A stretch of DNA of 64,000 nt, from contig JAHLTZ010000008.1 of assembly GCA_025786725.1 (NCBI GenBank), positions 186,001 to 250,000 on the forward strand, read 5' to 3'. Shown here in pieces: positions 26,072-40,631 of this stretch (the first letter of the stretch is position 1; the number at the start of each line of letters is the position of its first letter). The notes below the pieces were generated by a model, which saw only the letters and a list, made by a program, of their open reading frames with translations, searched no databases and had not been told where the DNA came from. This DNA is from Syncephalis fuscata S228. Its lineage: Eukaryota > Fungi > Zoopagomycota. A program made the position numbers and the translations under genes.

Positions 26072-28068
26072 TTATGTAGCAGATACTGCTGCTTCTTGAG
26101 GTGCTGGTGTTTCCGCAGGAGCAGTTACCTCGGTGGCTACTGCCACTTCAGTAGCAGATGCCTCAGTAGCGGCAGGTGCAGGTGCAGTTTCAGCAGCAGC
26201 AGGTGCAGCAACAGCAGGAGCAGGAGCAGTAGACTCAACAGCAACAACCGGTTCGGCAGTAGTAGCTACAGGGGCCACACTATCAGCATCGGCCGCTGGT
26301 GTAACGGCAGTAGCTTCCACAGCAGGCGCAGTAGGTGACTGTGGCGACTCGCTTTTATCGAGTGCTGCCGCTGTTGTGGCACCCTTTGCTCTACCGAATG
26401 AACCACCCAGTCGAGCAAACATACTGCTGCGTTTATTTACCGTACCCGAATCACCATCCGTAGTGCTACGGCGATCGGCCATTGTACCCGGTGCACTAGC
26501 CATACCGCTAGCTGATCCTGCGGTAGATGCTTGGACTAAAGTACTCTGCGCATGCTTTGACAGCTCTTGCCACCAAGAAAGCATGTCATCTCGAGTTGAT
26601 GCACGAATCTGGTAGCGATGGTGTGATTTACGGAATAAACCACCACCATCAACGGCCTTTTCGGTAATTTCAAACGAGTTATCGGCTGCGCCATCAACAG
26701 AGTGTGCCCCAACTGTACACTGAGCAAGATAGATGCTCACGTCAGGTGATGGATTTTGCGATAAATCGGTCTGTTGATCAGTACCAATCCCCGAGCTAAT
26801 AGGGAAGCAGTGCAAGTAGCCGGCAGCCGTCAATACAGCTCGACACTCCTTCCAAGTGTTAAGTAGGCCACCTTTACGCTCCAAACGGCCAATGCGTAAC
26901 GTGGTCGCCGATGCATGTTCAAGACATGGATAGGCAGCGGCTGTTGCCGAATTGGTCAAACTACGCAGAGGCGTGTCGACATTTGGCAAATGCATCGCAT
27001 GCTTGTTATAGAAATAAACTGATTCGGCATCACGATCTTGCCGTTCAGCCGTTGAATGTACAGTGCGTAGCAATGCAACTTGCGCTTCAATATCCTTTAA
27101 GCGACGGTCGTTGTAATGATTAATCGTCAAGAGATGGACTGAACAGCAGATGTTTCGAATGCTGTCAGTGATTGCTGGTAAGCAATTAGTGCCTGCTGAT
27201 AGCGATTTTCCTTAGCAAATTGTTTTTCCAAACTACGCTGTACCTCTATAATAAATTATACAGTTTTCATTAGTATTTGATGCAACAATATCAATTAATC
27301 GATCAATATTAAATTATTACTTACCAAGTTTAATAAGCCATGGATCGTTAGGAAGACTGCGTTCCTCTTGACCAACCTTACGAGAGATTTGCAATTCGCG
27401 CTGCTCTTCGCAAGACTTTTCTAATGCTACAAGCTGTGATTTTGTATTATCACCGGCTTTTGACGCCTTTTGCTTTACATTAGCAAGTTCTTTGGCCACT
27501 TCACGACCACGACGCTTACACTCTAATCGCAATCGATTTAATTCTTTAATTGTTTGGTCGCTAATAGCTCGAGCCGATCGTTCTCGTTGCTCGCTCGCAT
27601 CTTTAGCCGCCACATAAAGCGTATGAATCAATCTGCAATAGCGGTGGGTGCTGGCGCTGCCTCTGTTTCCGCAGCGGGCACTGCTTCTTTATTCTCCTCG
27701 GCTGGTGCGTCAACAGGTGTTGCCGATGCCTCTGTAGTAGCGGCCAACTCATCACCACTGCCACTGCCACTATCAACAAGTACACCAGGTCGAAACGCGT
27801 GCAACTGACGCCAGGGTGGACGTACAACTGCTGCTGCACGCGCGTATCCTTTCGCCGAGGCAAGTTCCTGTTGGCGGATCTCTTCGTAGTAGGCAATCAA
27901 TTGCTTCGACAATGCCTTCCAGCTACGTAGTCGTTCAGAAAATAATCGAATTGGATCTGTATCATCGTCGCCTGATAGGAAAGTTGCATTTGCACCTTCA
28001 TCATCCGATGAAAGTACCGATGTATCGGCAACTTCAGCCTCAACTGCAGGTGCGGTATCGGTAGTCAT
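26072..28068 (-). CDS. Slm1-like BAR-PH domain protein with an Ala/Pro/Thr-rich tail (intron and apparent frameshifts)
   Basis: RLRSWKALSKQLIAYYEEI and DPWL in the BAR region; PH domain GRLERKGGLLNTWKECRAVLTAAGYLHCF...DMLSWWQEL. Confidence 0.8.
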
Positions 28069-29061
28069 GGTTGGTTTTCTTGCAGTATATATGAAAAAAC
28101 AAGTAGTCAGCTAATAAGATAAATGTGAAGGTGTGTGTGAATGGGTCGTATCGACTAAATACTGAATGAGTGAATAACTAAAATGGTATAGTCGCACATG
28201 TACGTGGATTTATAAAACATATGAGGCCGTCTTGTTTTCGGACCGTCGCCTTAACACCTGCGTGCCATTCCATCCACATGCAGACAGAAACCGCATGGTA
28301 ACTATGCACACGCCCCATTCTTCAAAAATGAGCTGGCAACGTCATCATTTCATATATTTTGTTTCTCCTTAACACTGTATCGCACAACATTGTCGATACT
28401 GTGCGGGATGTAGAGATAGCATGGGAATGAGTCATTTGATAACTGGATTTATAACCAGCTGCTTTACTAATTGTATTTGTACACCGCCACTATTTTAGAT
28501 GCAAGTAGATAGTTAAACAGGTTATAACAACAACAAAATAAAAAGTTGGCTACCTGCCAAGCACTATCCAGATATATGATGACAACAATAATAACAGAGT
28601 AGATAATAGATAATTATACGTCACCTTTACGAATAAAATACAACAAACTTTGTTCTATATTTAAATGACGTATATTTATTTCATCTATTTCATTAACGGA
28701 GTGAGCAAATATTCCCTCGTGTTTCAGTCAACTAAATGTACTAGTTACGTCAATGGCTAAATATTCATTCAAGTGAATGATTAAACTAAACGGTTATAAT
28801 TACATACAGCTTATAATATTGTTGTATATTATGGTTTTTATTAATTAACATCGGTTGTTTATATGCATAATAAAATATAATAAAATATAATAAAATAAAA
28901 AATATACTTAAACACGATAGTATCATAAATAATACAAATAGTAATAAACTCACATTGTTACATATCTATCATTTATTGGCGTAAGCAGTGCAATTTTACA
29001 AATCCTCTTTGTATCATTGTTATTATGATTGTTGGCAGTATTATCAGTATTACTGTTGCCG

Positions 29062-31586
29062 CTATTGTGACTGTGGTTTTTTACGTAAAATTAATTTGCC
29101 ATCTTTTGTTTGTGCCACGGATAGAATAATCGACTTGAGCCGTTTAGCCCGTTCTGGTGTCCTTGAATACGAGAACGGAATACCGAAATGATTTGCTTAA
29201 TATCGTAACCACCACGACTAATGAGCGCAATCACTTCTTGCTCTTGTATATCTCCTTGACCAGCAGAAGAGGATGAAGTTGCTGCTGGTGGCGTAGATGT
29301 CGAGATTTGGGTCGATGCGATGGCTGTGCTGCTCTTACAGCACCGCCATTACTTGATCCATGCGCTGTTCCTGACGAAGATGATGGTGGTGCAGGACGAG
29401 GCCGTTTAATTTGCTGCTGGCTATTGCTATTAATCGTAGAAGAAGCACGGCTATTACTATCCGAATCAGATGAATCTTCATCCATACTCTGTAATAATTA
29501 TTAATATTTAATGGTACTAATAGGTGTATTATACTACTCACATCTAGGCGTCGTTTGCCTGATTTATCGGCTGTAGAGCTACCACTCACATTCTTGACTC
29601 GTTTACCACTATTACTACTTGGTGAACTGGCACCTTTACGTTTACTTGCCGCCGCACTTGATTGTGATCCTGCCTCTGCCTGATTTGCATTCTTATTCTT
29701 TTCCGCTTCTGCTTCTGAATTGGCACCTTCCGCCTTTTCATCTTCCTAATATACATTATTATATTAATAATTAGTCGTTGCAAGTCCTTTACTTCACTTT
29801 TACTTACACTATCAGCATATGGATCTCTTTCGTTATCGGACTCATAAACTGCATCCTGCTCAATGCCTCGTACAATCTTACGCATTTCCTATAGCCATTT
29901 ATTAGCTACTACACTTATATTAATAGCCAACTGTTTTACTTTGCCAGCTGAGGTTAGCTTTTCCATATTTTTATCTTTGCCTGATTCTTCTAAATCATCA
30001 GCTTCTTCTTCTAAATCGCTTTGTTCTGCTAAACGGTAGTTATCTTTTTGTCGACGCTATATAGACTATATTAATTACTATTATTACATAGTTTATAGCT
30101 CAACTTACCGTTGCCTCTTTTATTTCATCATCTTGCTGTTCCAAGTCCTGTGTTCCTTCCTCATCATCTTGGAAGTCTTGATCAATATCAAAATCTAATT
30201 CGTCTATATCACCTCTCTAATGTTATGTTTATAGTTAAATAATCCATTATAATACATACACCTATTTACTTACCTGGCTTTGTTTCTTGCGCTTATAGTT
30301 GTCGTCATCTTCGTCGTCGGTAAATAACGAGCTATCGTTATAATATACTAATAAATAAACTGTACATAATCCAGCTACTATCTATTATATACCTTTCACC
30401 ACGATCAACTGTGCGGAATCCACGCCGATTTGGTTCACGTCGACCTCCACCAGCACCACTGCGCCATGATGGCGTGCCATTGGCCGTCTTTCCTTCTGGC
30501 TCACCGCTTCCTTCTTCGCCTTCATCCTCTTTCTTACCAAAGCGATGCATTAACCAACGATCGCTTTCTTTTTTCTTTTGTTGCTGCAACTAAACATTAA
30601 TTAGAAATAGTTAGTTTACCAATAATATATATATATATAACTCCATTGATTATTTACAAATTCTTCGGCTTCCTCGGCTGTGAGAATTCGATGTTTTGGC
30701 TTGGGCGTAAATCGATACCATTTATCGGCCATGACTACGCGGAACCCATCCTCCTATATATCAATAATGCCATAATAAACATTCATTCATTTAACAACTA
30801 TTTACACCACATATTGTTACTTACCGAAAAGAAAAATAGCGCATATTTAGCCGTTGTCCCTTGACTGCCCATAAGATCGCCTGTAAATGAATGCGATCCA
30901 TCAAAATCTTCCAAACACCACGGATAATTATCGCGTCTACGCTCTTCGCGCACCTCTGTCGACTCCTTACTAAGAAATACTTGCCGTGTTTTCTTTTTAA
31001 ATAGATTACGTCGATTTGCAGCCGCACCACCATACGGAGCAATGACTGATGTATCGATAGAATCACCTGGTCGCATTTTCTTCTTGCGCTGACCTGCTTT
31101 ACCGCCCTTACCATCCCCTGATGGATCATCGGCCTCTGTAGCCATGACAGCATCTTCACCGGCGGCGGCGGCGGCAGCGGCTGCTGCTGCTGCTGCTTCC
31201 TTTTCTGCCTTGACACGAATGGCTTCCCAAATCACCGATCGTGGATCTTTTCTATACATGCGCACTGGCGGCACTAGATCGCGTACTTCAACCTGTTCGC
31301 GCGAAAATATACGCATGACATGCTGGTGACTATCGGCACTTGCTGGTACGCCACTTTTTAAACGATAGTCGCTGTACTGGGGCGCAGCAGCTGTTGCCGC
31401 TGCTGCCGCGGCAGCTGCTGCCTGCTGTCGCTGTAATTGCTGCTGTAGCTGTTGTTGTTGCTGCTGCTGCCGTTGTTGTTGTTGCTGCTGTTGCTGCTGC
31501 ACGGTAGCTGCCGCCCTAGCTGCAATCGCCGCTACTTGCTGTGCACTTAGCGGCATATTTTTAGATGGTGTACCTGGTTGGCTCAT
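29062..31586 (-). CDS. TFG1: Transcription factor IIF alpha subunit (Tfg1/RAP74), multi-exon
   Basis: FKKKTRQVF, YPWCLEDFDGSHSFTG, WYRFTPK...LTAEEAEE, acidic middle region and a C-terminal winged-helix-like segment. Confidence 0.85.
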
Positions 31587-31836
31587 ACTGGTTGATCTAT
31601 TCAAATCTTGCTCAAAACAAAACAAAACGCAGTGTCCGCCAAGCTACGCTAATAAACACTTGGACTGCCTATAAACACAGCAATCTAACACAGTATGTTA
31701 GTTGCGCGTCGCGTACGTGTCGTGTATGCTGGTATTTAGCAACAAACACTATTGTCTCAAATCAGATGAGGCAAAGAGTTAAACAGCAAACGAATAATTA
31801 TCCAGTGCCATTTAATGAGTACAATTAGTCATCCGA

Positions 31837-32457
31837 GAGCTACTGCACTTTGACTCCCACATTTTTATTTACTCATTTCACCATCTTTTTCTTATTATTA
31901 TCTTATTGTTCTATTTGATAATATATTATATAATATTGAATATAACAATATAAATAGCATGCGTATTTGAACATCAATAAAAACATATTCAATCCCTAGT
32001 CTTTATTTCTATTATTTTACATTAACACTGTTCAATAACCTCACGGCATGTCGTATATTCTGGTTACAACTGTCGCCACAAGATGTTTCTGGGAATACAC
32101 TTAACCTATCATAATTGCATATGGGGGGCCATTTGCTTCATCCATGGTCGGTAAATAAACTGCACCTATTAAGTTGACACCAAGCAATGATCAACTTTAA
32201 TGTTTCAATAAAATAAAATAGCATATTACATTGTTTATTTAAATATTTAAATTATTATTAATACAATGTTTTGTTACATTTAATTATATTCTATGGAAAT
32301 GATTATATTATTACACTACATTAATATTTATTATAAATAATGATTTGAACACAAATTAATCCAATCAACTCGTCAACTATTTAAATTACTACAATTGATT
32401 GTGTAAAATGAGTTGCTGCTTTGGAGACTTCAAATGTGGGGGTCAAAGTACGTTCTC
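31837..32457 (+). mobile_element. Non-autonomous TIR element (MITE-like family A), copy 2, both TIRs intact
   Basis: ACTTTGACTCCCACATTT (31847-31864) is a 17/18 inverted match to AAATGTGGGGGTCAAAGT (32432-32449). The body matches copy 1 but lacks a ~250-bp internal segment. No clear TSD. Confidence 0.75.
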
Positions 32458-32519
32458 TGCCAACGCCTTTCTTACGTTTACCCCTTTGTATTCAGTAACT
32501 TGCTAGTATCCACGTCATC

Positions 32520-32843
32520 ATGTTGTCAGCACAAGATATTGTCAAGCAGTATATCAAGGACCACGATGTTATGGTCTTCTCAAAGACCTACTGTCCATAC
32601 TGCACTCGTGCAAAGGCTATTCTTAATGAAATAGTTACGCAACTTGGCGTGTCATCCAAGATCTTTATACTTGAGCTGGACGTTGAAGCAAACGGTGCCG
32701 AGTTGCAGAAGGCATTGGAGGAATTAACTGGACAGCGCACCGTACCAAACGTTTTTATTCGTGGCCAGCATATTGGCGGCTGTGACAATACAATCCAGTT
32801 ACAAAAGGACGTTGAACGCCAAAAGGAATTGTTTGGCATTTAG
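32520..32843 (+). CDS. Dithiol glutaredoxin
   Basis: FSKTYCPYC, TVPNVF, HIGGCD. Confidence 0.95.
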   Translation: MLSAQDIVKQYIKDHDVMVFSKTYCPYCTRAKAILNEIVTQLGVSSKIFILELDVEANGAELQKALEELTGQRTVPNVFIRGQHIGGCDNTIQLQKDVERQKELFGI

Positions 32844-33112
32844 GCCCGGATAGACCACCATGTTAAATATACATTGGCACAGGCCAGTATATACTAAATA
32901 AATGGCTTATCATACCAGACTACGCATTAAAACCAGTACCAATAATAGCATTGTATTATACAAAATAAGCAGCTTTTACATTAATAATGATTCTATTCAT
33001 TAACAAATGGTTCTTTATGGATATAAATGAAAATAGCAATGTAATAGCGAAGTCAATTCACCTCAGTACTAATGATCGCGTATGTGTGTGTATGTGTGTG
33101 TGTCCCTTCTTA

Positions 33113-35579
33113 CTATTCCACGCCAGGTATCGATAGACGTGCATTTAAATAGTGAGTAATAGCTTCTTGTACCCAAGGCTTTTCAAAGAAATCGGCTCGT
33201 CGACGTTCTTCCAAATTAACATGACTCTCACCAAGAATCACCTCAAGATCACGATTCTGAGATGCAATCCATCGATGAATAAATTCACCTGGTGAAGTAG
33301 AGAATTCTTGTAAAAAGTCACGTTTAGTTTTGGCATTATTAATTGCTTGAACATATTGTGTGATCTTTGTTTAATAAAAGTGTCAGTTGGTCATTTGTTA
33401 ATTCCATTAAGTAAATTACCTTTTCATCTAATGACGTAATATCCTTTTGAGCCGCAGTATTGGTCAGCAAGGCTCGTAAACGTGACGACCCGATTCATCA
33501 GGTAATTCAACCTCAATATCAAATGCATACGGTGATTGGTGATAGTGCTTATCCACGCTAATCAAATTTTATTATTATAATGGCAAATGGCCATATAATG
33601 CACTTACCGTATCGTATATTCAATAATGACCGGATCCATCGGTAGCAATAATGGTGCTAGTAGTTCAGGAATTTGTGGAAACATAAGTACTGGCACACCA
33701 AATACCTAATCAACCAAATTAGTAACTAATTAGTTAGTTAATTAATTAATATTCATCATTACTTTTTCTAATGCATCATCGTTTGTAATACGGCGTTTTT
33801 CTTCAGCATCGGCCAGATTGTTTTGCTAATAATTGTCACAATCAACATTTATAGTACATATAAACGTGCTTTATTCGTTTACCTTAATATATTCCCATAA
33901 TGCGACAATTACTTCAGATCGAGTAGCGGCAGACATGCCCAATACTTGAGCCAATGGCTCAGCTAGCTTGTATCGTTCACGTGCTTGAGTTAAGTGAATG
34001 ATGATCTTGGCATTGCACTCGGTATCGCCCATCCGTTTTACTTCAAACCCATCTACTTCTCGGGCATCGGCACCTACAGGTGCATGCCACTATAACAATA
34101 AACAATAAATTAATACAATATATAAATATAATACTCACTAAACTACAATAACTATTAATTTACCTCGATCAAATTGCCATCAGGATGCAATGCAGAATCA
34201 CGGTCAAGTTCAATAACCAATTTTTTTACAAATGTGGAAAATGCACGAGGAGGCAAACGTCTTCCTCCTACAACTGGCAGAGTGTCCTATAATATTATTA
34301 TCATTATTAATTAACCAATATCGTCTACTTCATTTCACTCTACTTACATCTAATAAACGTCCCTCGACACGTAATGTCCAACTGGGTGCCTTAAGTGTAC
34401 CTGAATCATCAACATCTTGCATATCTTGATCGCCAAGTTGTGCGGTTGATCAGAAGCAAGATTAGATACAAAGATACGCAATGTACGCTTGGCCTATCAA
34501 ATAGGTTGTATAATGAATGATTGTGATTGCATAGCTAAATGAATATACATACTGTTACTGGTTTATTAACTGCATCTTGAATATCCATTCGTTTACGCAT
34601 AATAAGTGCGTCTAATCGACGCTCCGTTGATTGTAGTTGTGTATACATATTAGATTCAGGAACAATTTGCTCCAACTAGATGATGATCGTCCATTTAATA
34701 CTTGATTAATGTTATCTAAGCCACTTACATGAGCCGGCAGTTGTCGTTCAATAGGTTTGCGTTTTCTATAGATTAAAGATAAGAAACGTACTAATATATA
34801 TTATCTACCTACTTTGAATGTCTATTTGAAGGTGGATCTGGAATACGACGGCGTGCCTGCATGCCACCTGGTGCCAAATATTGTTGCTGTTGCTGCTGCT
34901 GCTGTGTTGTGTTGCTGTTGTTGTTGTTGTTGCTGTTGTTGTTGTTGTTGTTGTGCTGCTGCTGCTGCTGTAACTGTTGTAGCTGCTGTTGTTGTGCCAT
35001 AGCCAGTGCATTATTCTGCATTTGATGTTGTTGCTGCTGTTGCATTTGTCGCTGCTGTGCCGCAACCATAGCAGCAGCATTCATTTGACTTGGTGCAATA
35101 CGGCCACCCATAGCTGCTAATTGAGCTGGTGTCAATGGCGGTACAAAAGATCCCTATAATACATATTTTCCAATATTCATTAATAATCAAACTTTACGAT
35201 ATAATACATAAAACAAAACCAAAATAATAATATTTTTATATATTACATATATACTGTATTTATCTTTTAGATCATCGTAGTCATTTCTCACCTACACCTT
35301 AATCATCACACTTACATGCATACCCTGCATAACTTGAGGTTGTTGTTGTTGTTGCTGTTGTTGCTGTTGCTGCTGTTGCTGCGCGTTACGCAAAGCTGCT
35401 AGCTGTTGTAACTGAGCAGGGGTCATGCCAGCCATCGCCGCTCCTTGTAATGTCGCGGCCAAACTATTAGGCGTCATATTTATTGGCATACCTGGTCGGA
35501 ATCCACCACCTAATATAGGTGTGGCAGGTTGCTGTCCCATAGGCACATTCTGTCTTGGAGTATTTGGCGGCTGACTCAT
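33113..35579 (-). CDS. SWI/SNF-RSC SWIB-domain subunit (BAF60/Snf12/Rsc6 family), multi-exon, polyQ N-terminus
   Basis: LDALIMRKRMDIQ, WTLRVEGRLL, DGFEVKRMGD, ALWEYIK, WIASQNRDL, FFEKPWVQEA. Confidence 0.9.
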
Positions 35580-36513
35580 TGATGTAGGCACGCGCGCGCG
35601 TTTGTGCTTATGTGGTGTAGGTGCGTGTAGACGATGAGAATTGGTGGAAAAATCAACGTTGTAAGAAAACAAAAATCAGTACAATTTGAATTTGAATTTA
35701 TTAGCTTAAGTGAGACAACGGTCCGTAGGACCTAACCGCGCATTTGCAGCATTTGTCTGCCACCCTAGGAGAATAGGCGGTTCATCGAACTATCCGCGCA
35801 CGCAGAACTCATCTACAATGAAAGTTGGTCTTCACGTTGAATATGACATTCTTACGGAAATATCACGCATTGAAAAAATTCGAATAGAAAAATACTAAAA
35901 CGTGAGTAGCAACAAAAATCAGTACAATTATTCTTCAAATTAATATTGTAGATATTTACACATTAACAATTAGTATTTAGTATTTAGTATTTAGTGTTCA
36001 GCATTTGTGTTTGTATTTACATCTTTAAAGTTAATCATGTTTAAACAATTATTATTTATCATTTAGTATTTAATTATCAGTCAACTGACTAAAGTCGTTA
36101 TAAGATTGTTTTTACATAGAATGCAACTACAGTACATGACAGTGTTACCGTTTCACAATCAATACTATCTAGTTGCAAAATTAACACGTATACCTACGCT
36201 TTAATTGCTTGCTACCACTTTAAATGGGCGTGGCATAATATTATACATAGACCATCATTATTTGATTGACCATCTAGTAGCTGGCTTTGTTTGTTCATGG
36301 CGTGACAATATTTATCTACCCAATCAAATCAAAAGCGATAGAATAGGACACTGATTGGTTGTTCTGATACAAGCAAAACATCAGGCCACCATTATAATCT
36401 GCTGTAACTTATAAAGAACGCGTACTGACACAAGTTGTGGTCATTACCCTCTTCCAACAACTCTATTACCAGTATATTGTGTGCGAAAGTACGTTTTACT
36501 TGCTATTTTAATT

Positions 36514-38352
36514 ATGGAACAGATATACACTGCTGCTGGTGGGTTACCGTCCACTCAGCTGTTTGCAGTATCATGGCCGGTAGCTCTATTTACTGCTGTA
36601 GTAGGCTGGCTGCTTGCCGGCTATGCCTATCGTGCAGTAAGTTGTACCGAATCTATAAACAAGCCCAAACTTTGCTAAATAGCTGATTAAATAGCTTAAA
36701 AAACCAAATGCGTCCGAACCGCCTATGGTCAACTACTGGATTCCATTTATTGGCTCTATGGTGTCGTTTGGTATTAATCCTGTACAATTTCTTCATAAAA
36801 ACCGCGAAATTTATGGCGATTATTACACTTTTTTAATGTTTGGTCGCCGCATGACCTATTGCTTGGGTGTCGATGGCAATAACACATTTTTTAATGCAAA
36901 ATTGGCCGATGCTAATGCAGAAGAAGCATACGCCTCATTGACTGTACCAGTATTCGGCGAAGGCGTTGTCTACGCTGTACCTAACCACGTACTTATGGAT
37001 CAGAAACGATTTGCCAAAAGTGGGCTCACGCCAGATGCATTCCGAACCTATGTACCGATTATTGTTAAAGAAGTAGAAGACTATTTTGCGTAAGTGATTA
37101 ATAGCTAATTAAGTAAACGAAAATACTTACACACTTGTGTGTGCCATTAGACGTTGGAACAAGCCAGATGGCGGTGTAGGAGATATCCACGACACAATGG
37201 CCCAATGTATTGTAAATACAGCCACTCACTGTCTCATGGGACGCGAAATCCGTTCAATGATGGATGAGACAGTCGCCAAACTCTACGAGGACATGGATAA
37301 AGGCTTTACGCCATTAAACTTTTTATTCCCCTCATTGCCTCTGCCATCATATCGTCGCCGTGATCGGGCTCACGCTAAAATGTCGATGCTTTTCCGATCC
37401 ATCATTGAGGCGCGCCGATCATCAGATAGCCCACCACCCGATGATATGATGACTGTGCTAATGAATTCCTACTATAAAGATGGTCGTCGTATGAGCGAAA
37501 CAGAAGTAACCAATTTGTTGATTGCCATGTTAATGGCTGGTCAGCATACAAGTTCCACCACCACCACATGGGCCATTTTATACTTGGCAGAAAATCCAGC
37601 AATTGTGTAAGTATTAACGACGCTAATGGATATGTACCATTTATATATGTATTAATGCGACTGTCTATTTGCAGCGAGGATTTACTAGAGGAACAGCGTA
37701 AACTACTTGGTAATGATCTAGCAACGCCTATGTGCTATGAACATTTGCGTGATATGAAGCTACTAGATTCGGTTGTAAGAGAAACACTTCGTCTTCGTCC
37801 ACCAATCATTACGGCTATGCGTAAAGTACAACGACCAATGACCATAGCTGGTGGTAAATACGTTGTGCCCGCGGGTAATTATATTGGTTCATCGCCGGCA
37901 CTTACTCAATTGGATGCGGCCTACTTTAAAGAACCACTAAAGTTTGAACCAACTCGCTGGCTTAATAGCAGCCATCTTGAAGACGATGAATCTAATGGCG
38001 CTTTTAATGCTAATGATGATAAATCCGGTGATACGGTTGATTACGGCTTTGGCAATATCAAATTAAGTGGCGCTCGTAATCCTTATTTGCCATTTGGTGC
38101 CGGTAAGCAGTTAAATAGATACAATTGTGTTAATACTAATTTATATTTATATTTTATATTTTATTAATCAATTATAGGTCGTCATCGTTGTATTGGTGAA
38201 TCATTTGCTTATGTGCAAATTAAAACCATTCTTGCTACAATGTTACGTTATTTGAATTGGCACCCGGTCCTAAAGGCTTCCCTGACATGGATTTCACCAG
38301 TCTTGTTGTGCTGCCTACAAAGCCAGCTCAAGTTACTTATCGTCGTCGATAA
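36514..38352 (+). CDS. ERG11: Sterol 14-alpha-demethylase CYP51
   Basis: [41 protein letters not shown]. Apparent 1-nt deletion near 38250. Confidence 0.95.
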
Positions 38353-38553
38353 ATATTTGATCACCCACGACTATATACCATTTTTTTGTTTTCCTTTACT
38401 GCCAATAATAAGCCATTAAAGATGATTATTTATGATCAGATTAAAGTAATTTCATTATTATTATTACAACACAATTACTATTTACACATTACATGAATAA
38501 ATTTAAGCTATTTGTTATTAAAGGTGCAACTATTGATGGCAAACACAGTTATT

Positions 38554-39354
38554 TTATAGCACGCCTTTAGTACTTGGCACGTCTGAACTACCGGTGCGCT
38601 CCAATGCCTGTCGAATAGCCACAGCCAACGCTTTAAAGGCAGACTCGGCTCTATTCAATTGTTATTGTTATAGATTATACCAGTGGTTATTACAATTTCT
38701 ATTACAAACTAGTAAAAAAACAACTTACCGATGATGGTCATTAGTACCCTTAAGTACATCGACGTGAAGTGTAATACCAGCTGAGGTAGCCAATGAAGCA
38801 AGTACGTGAGGGATCATTTCGCATGAAAGCGTGCCGATCATTTCACGCTTCAAACCAAGCTGGATATCGGCAAATCCACGTCCAGAGATATCAACAACGG
38901 CACGCGACAATGCCTATCAACAACAATCATAGAATACTATGTAAACAAATAGAAAATACCATCTACAACTTACCTCGTCAAGGGGGGCATATGCATGACC
39001 AAATCGGCGAATACCACGCTTTTCACCCATAGCTTCAGCAATAGCCTGGCCAAGAGCAATAGCGGTATCTTCAGCCGTATGATGGTCGTCGATGTGCAAG
39101 TCACCATCACAGTGCAGCGTTAGTGACCACCGTGCGTGTTTGGCCAGTGCATGGTACATCTATCTGGCTATTAGTTGCGCTATATCAAGCGTAGACGGCA
39201 TGGGCAAAGGTATGTCACCGCTTACATGGTCTAGAAATCCAATACCCGTCTTAATATCAAACTGTTGGGCGTCCAGTGGCGCGTCCAGACTTAGCGAAAT
39301 ATATATCGTTGTTTCATTTGTCTTGCGTTTTACTTCAGCGGTACGAGCGGCCAT
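38554..39354 (-). CDS. HIS3: Imidazoleglycerol-phosphate dehydratase
   Basis: [43 protein letters not shown]. Confidence 0.97.
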
Positions 39355-39599
39355 AATGAACAAAAATGCGATTACTTTAAAGTAAAGGAGAAAATAAAAA
39401 GCGAGTAACTGAACAAGAAATATAAAATCTGTTGATTAATAAACTCCGATCTATCAAGATTATTTTAACCATCTGGCAGTTACACATTGTCGTTTTTCAT
39501 CCATAACTAAAATGTTTATTAATGGCTAGAAACTTACGAATGCACTTTGAGTAAATAAAGCTTTTTATTTAATATATTTTGATTATATTTGAAATGTAG

Positions 39600-40163
39600 C
39601 TATAAGCTAGTATATCAGTTAGCTGTACACCAACTATATGTTTACTATGCATATTAATGGTTTAATATTAATAGGTCGTAAGTGGCATTACATACGAGCT
39701 AGCTATGCACTAATTATATACTATTTACTGCATATCCCAACGACTTAATATTAATAGCTGGTAAGTTGTGTTGTGTAATAATTGACTATGTACTAATTAT
39801 ATGATTGCTACGTGTATCAATAACTTTACATTAACAGTTGGTAAGCGGAATTACCTATTAATTAGTTATATACTAATTGCATGCTATTTATTGTACTTGT
39901 AAAAACAGTTCAATCGAATATTTCAAGCCATTGGCATGATAATACAATTGGACTAATAGTCCAATATACTTTAGGTATACACTTGGCAAAAAGCAAGACT
40001 ATTCAGCAACTGCCGTTTAGTTCATTCATTTATCAAAATTCTGCCAATATTTCGGTTTATCTATCTTTTAATCAATGGAATCATTATATTGCCAACAAGT
40101 TTGAATTTGGTTAAATTTATTCAACTATGCAAACTTATAATAATAAACATATGATTTCATTTT
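39600..40163 (+). pseudogene. 5'-truncated micro-exon gene: 3-nt exons (CTA) 39600-02, GTC 39675-77, CTG 39758-60, TTG 39838-40; terminal exon from 39909
   Basis: Three exons have YAG-NNN-GTAAG flanks with 68-80-nt introns containing CTAAT; the first has a damaged donor (TAAGCT). The terminal exon/UTR is homologous to 10428-10683. No signal exon is visible upstream. Confidence 0.7.
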
Positions 40164-40631
40164 GATGAGGACGATGATGATTTATCCGTGATTCGACGAT
40201 TTAAATATTGATACACCACTCATTTTCATGTTTAATAAAACAAATATTAGTTTAATTGAGAAATATTATTTAGTTACTTAATTTGTAAATCGCAACAAAT
40301 GGTTAATAGATTGTTTAATAATACTCAATGGCACAAAATACGCTATATAATTAAAATGATTGGCAAATATTTGCCAGCTCTTGTAGGCCTACTCTACTCT
40401 CCTCCACCAATACCAAGTTATCTGCAAATACTCCGTACGTGACATATATCCGAATAATAGCTCCTTGCTACTTTTACACTTTATAGCCATACTGTGATTT
40501 GCTTAAATTGGCGAGTAGTAACTAACGTTATTCATTTAACAGAAAGTTCCGTAAAAGTTGTTTTTTATTACAGAGACGCTAACAAAAACTAGTAAAAAAC
40601 ACTCGTTATTAAATAACTTATGTGATTAAAA

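Noticed and set aside
34805-35080. Poly-Cys and poly-Thr ORFs
   Set aside because: Alternative frames or the antisense strand of the polyQ/N exon of the BAF60-family gene.
12022-38352. Sterol biosynthetic gene cluster (ERG3, P450, ERG11)
   Set aside because: The genes are spread over 26 kb among unrelated housekeeping genes, and the middle P450 lacks CYP51/CYP61 signatures that I can recognise.
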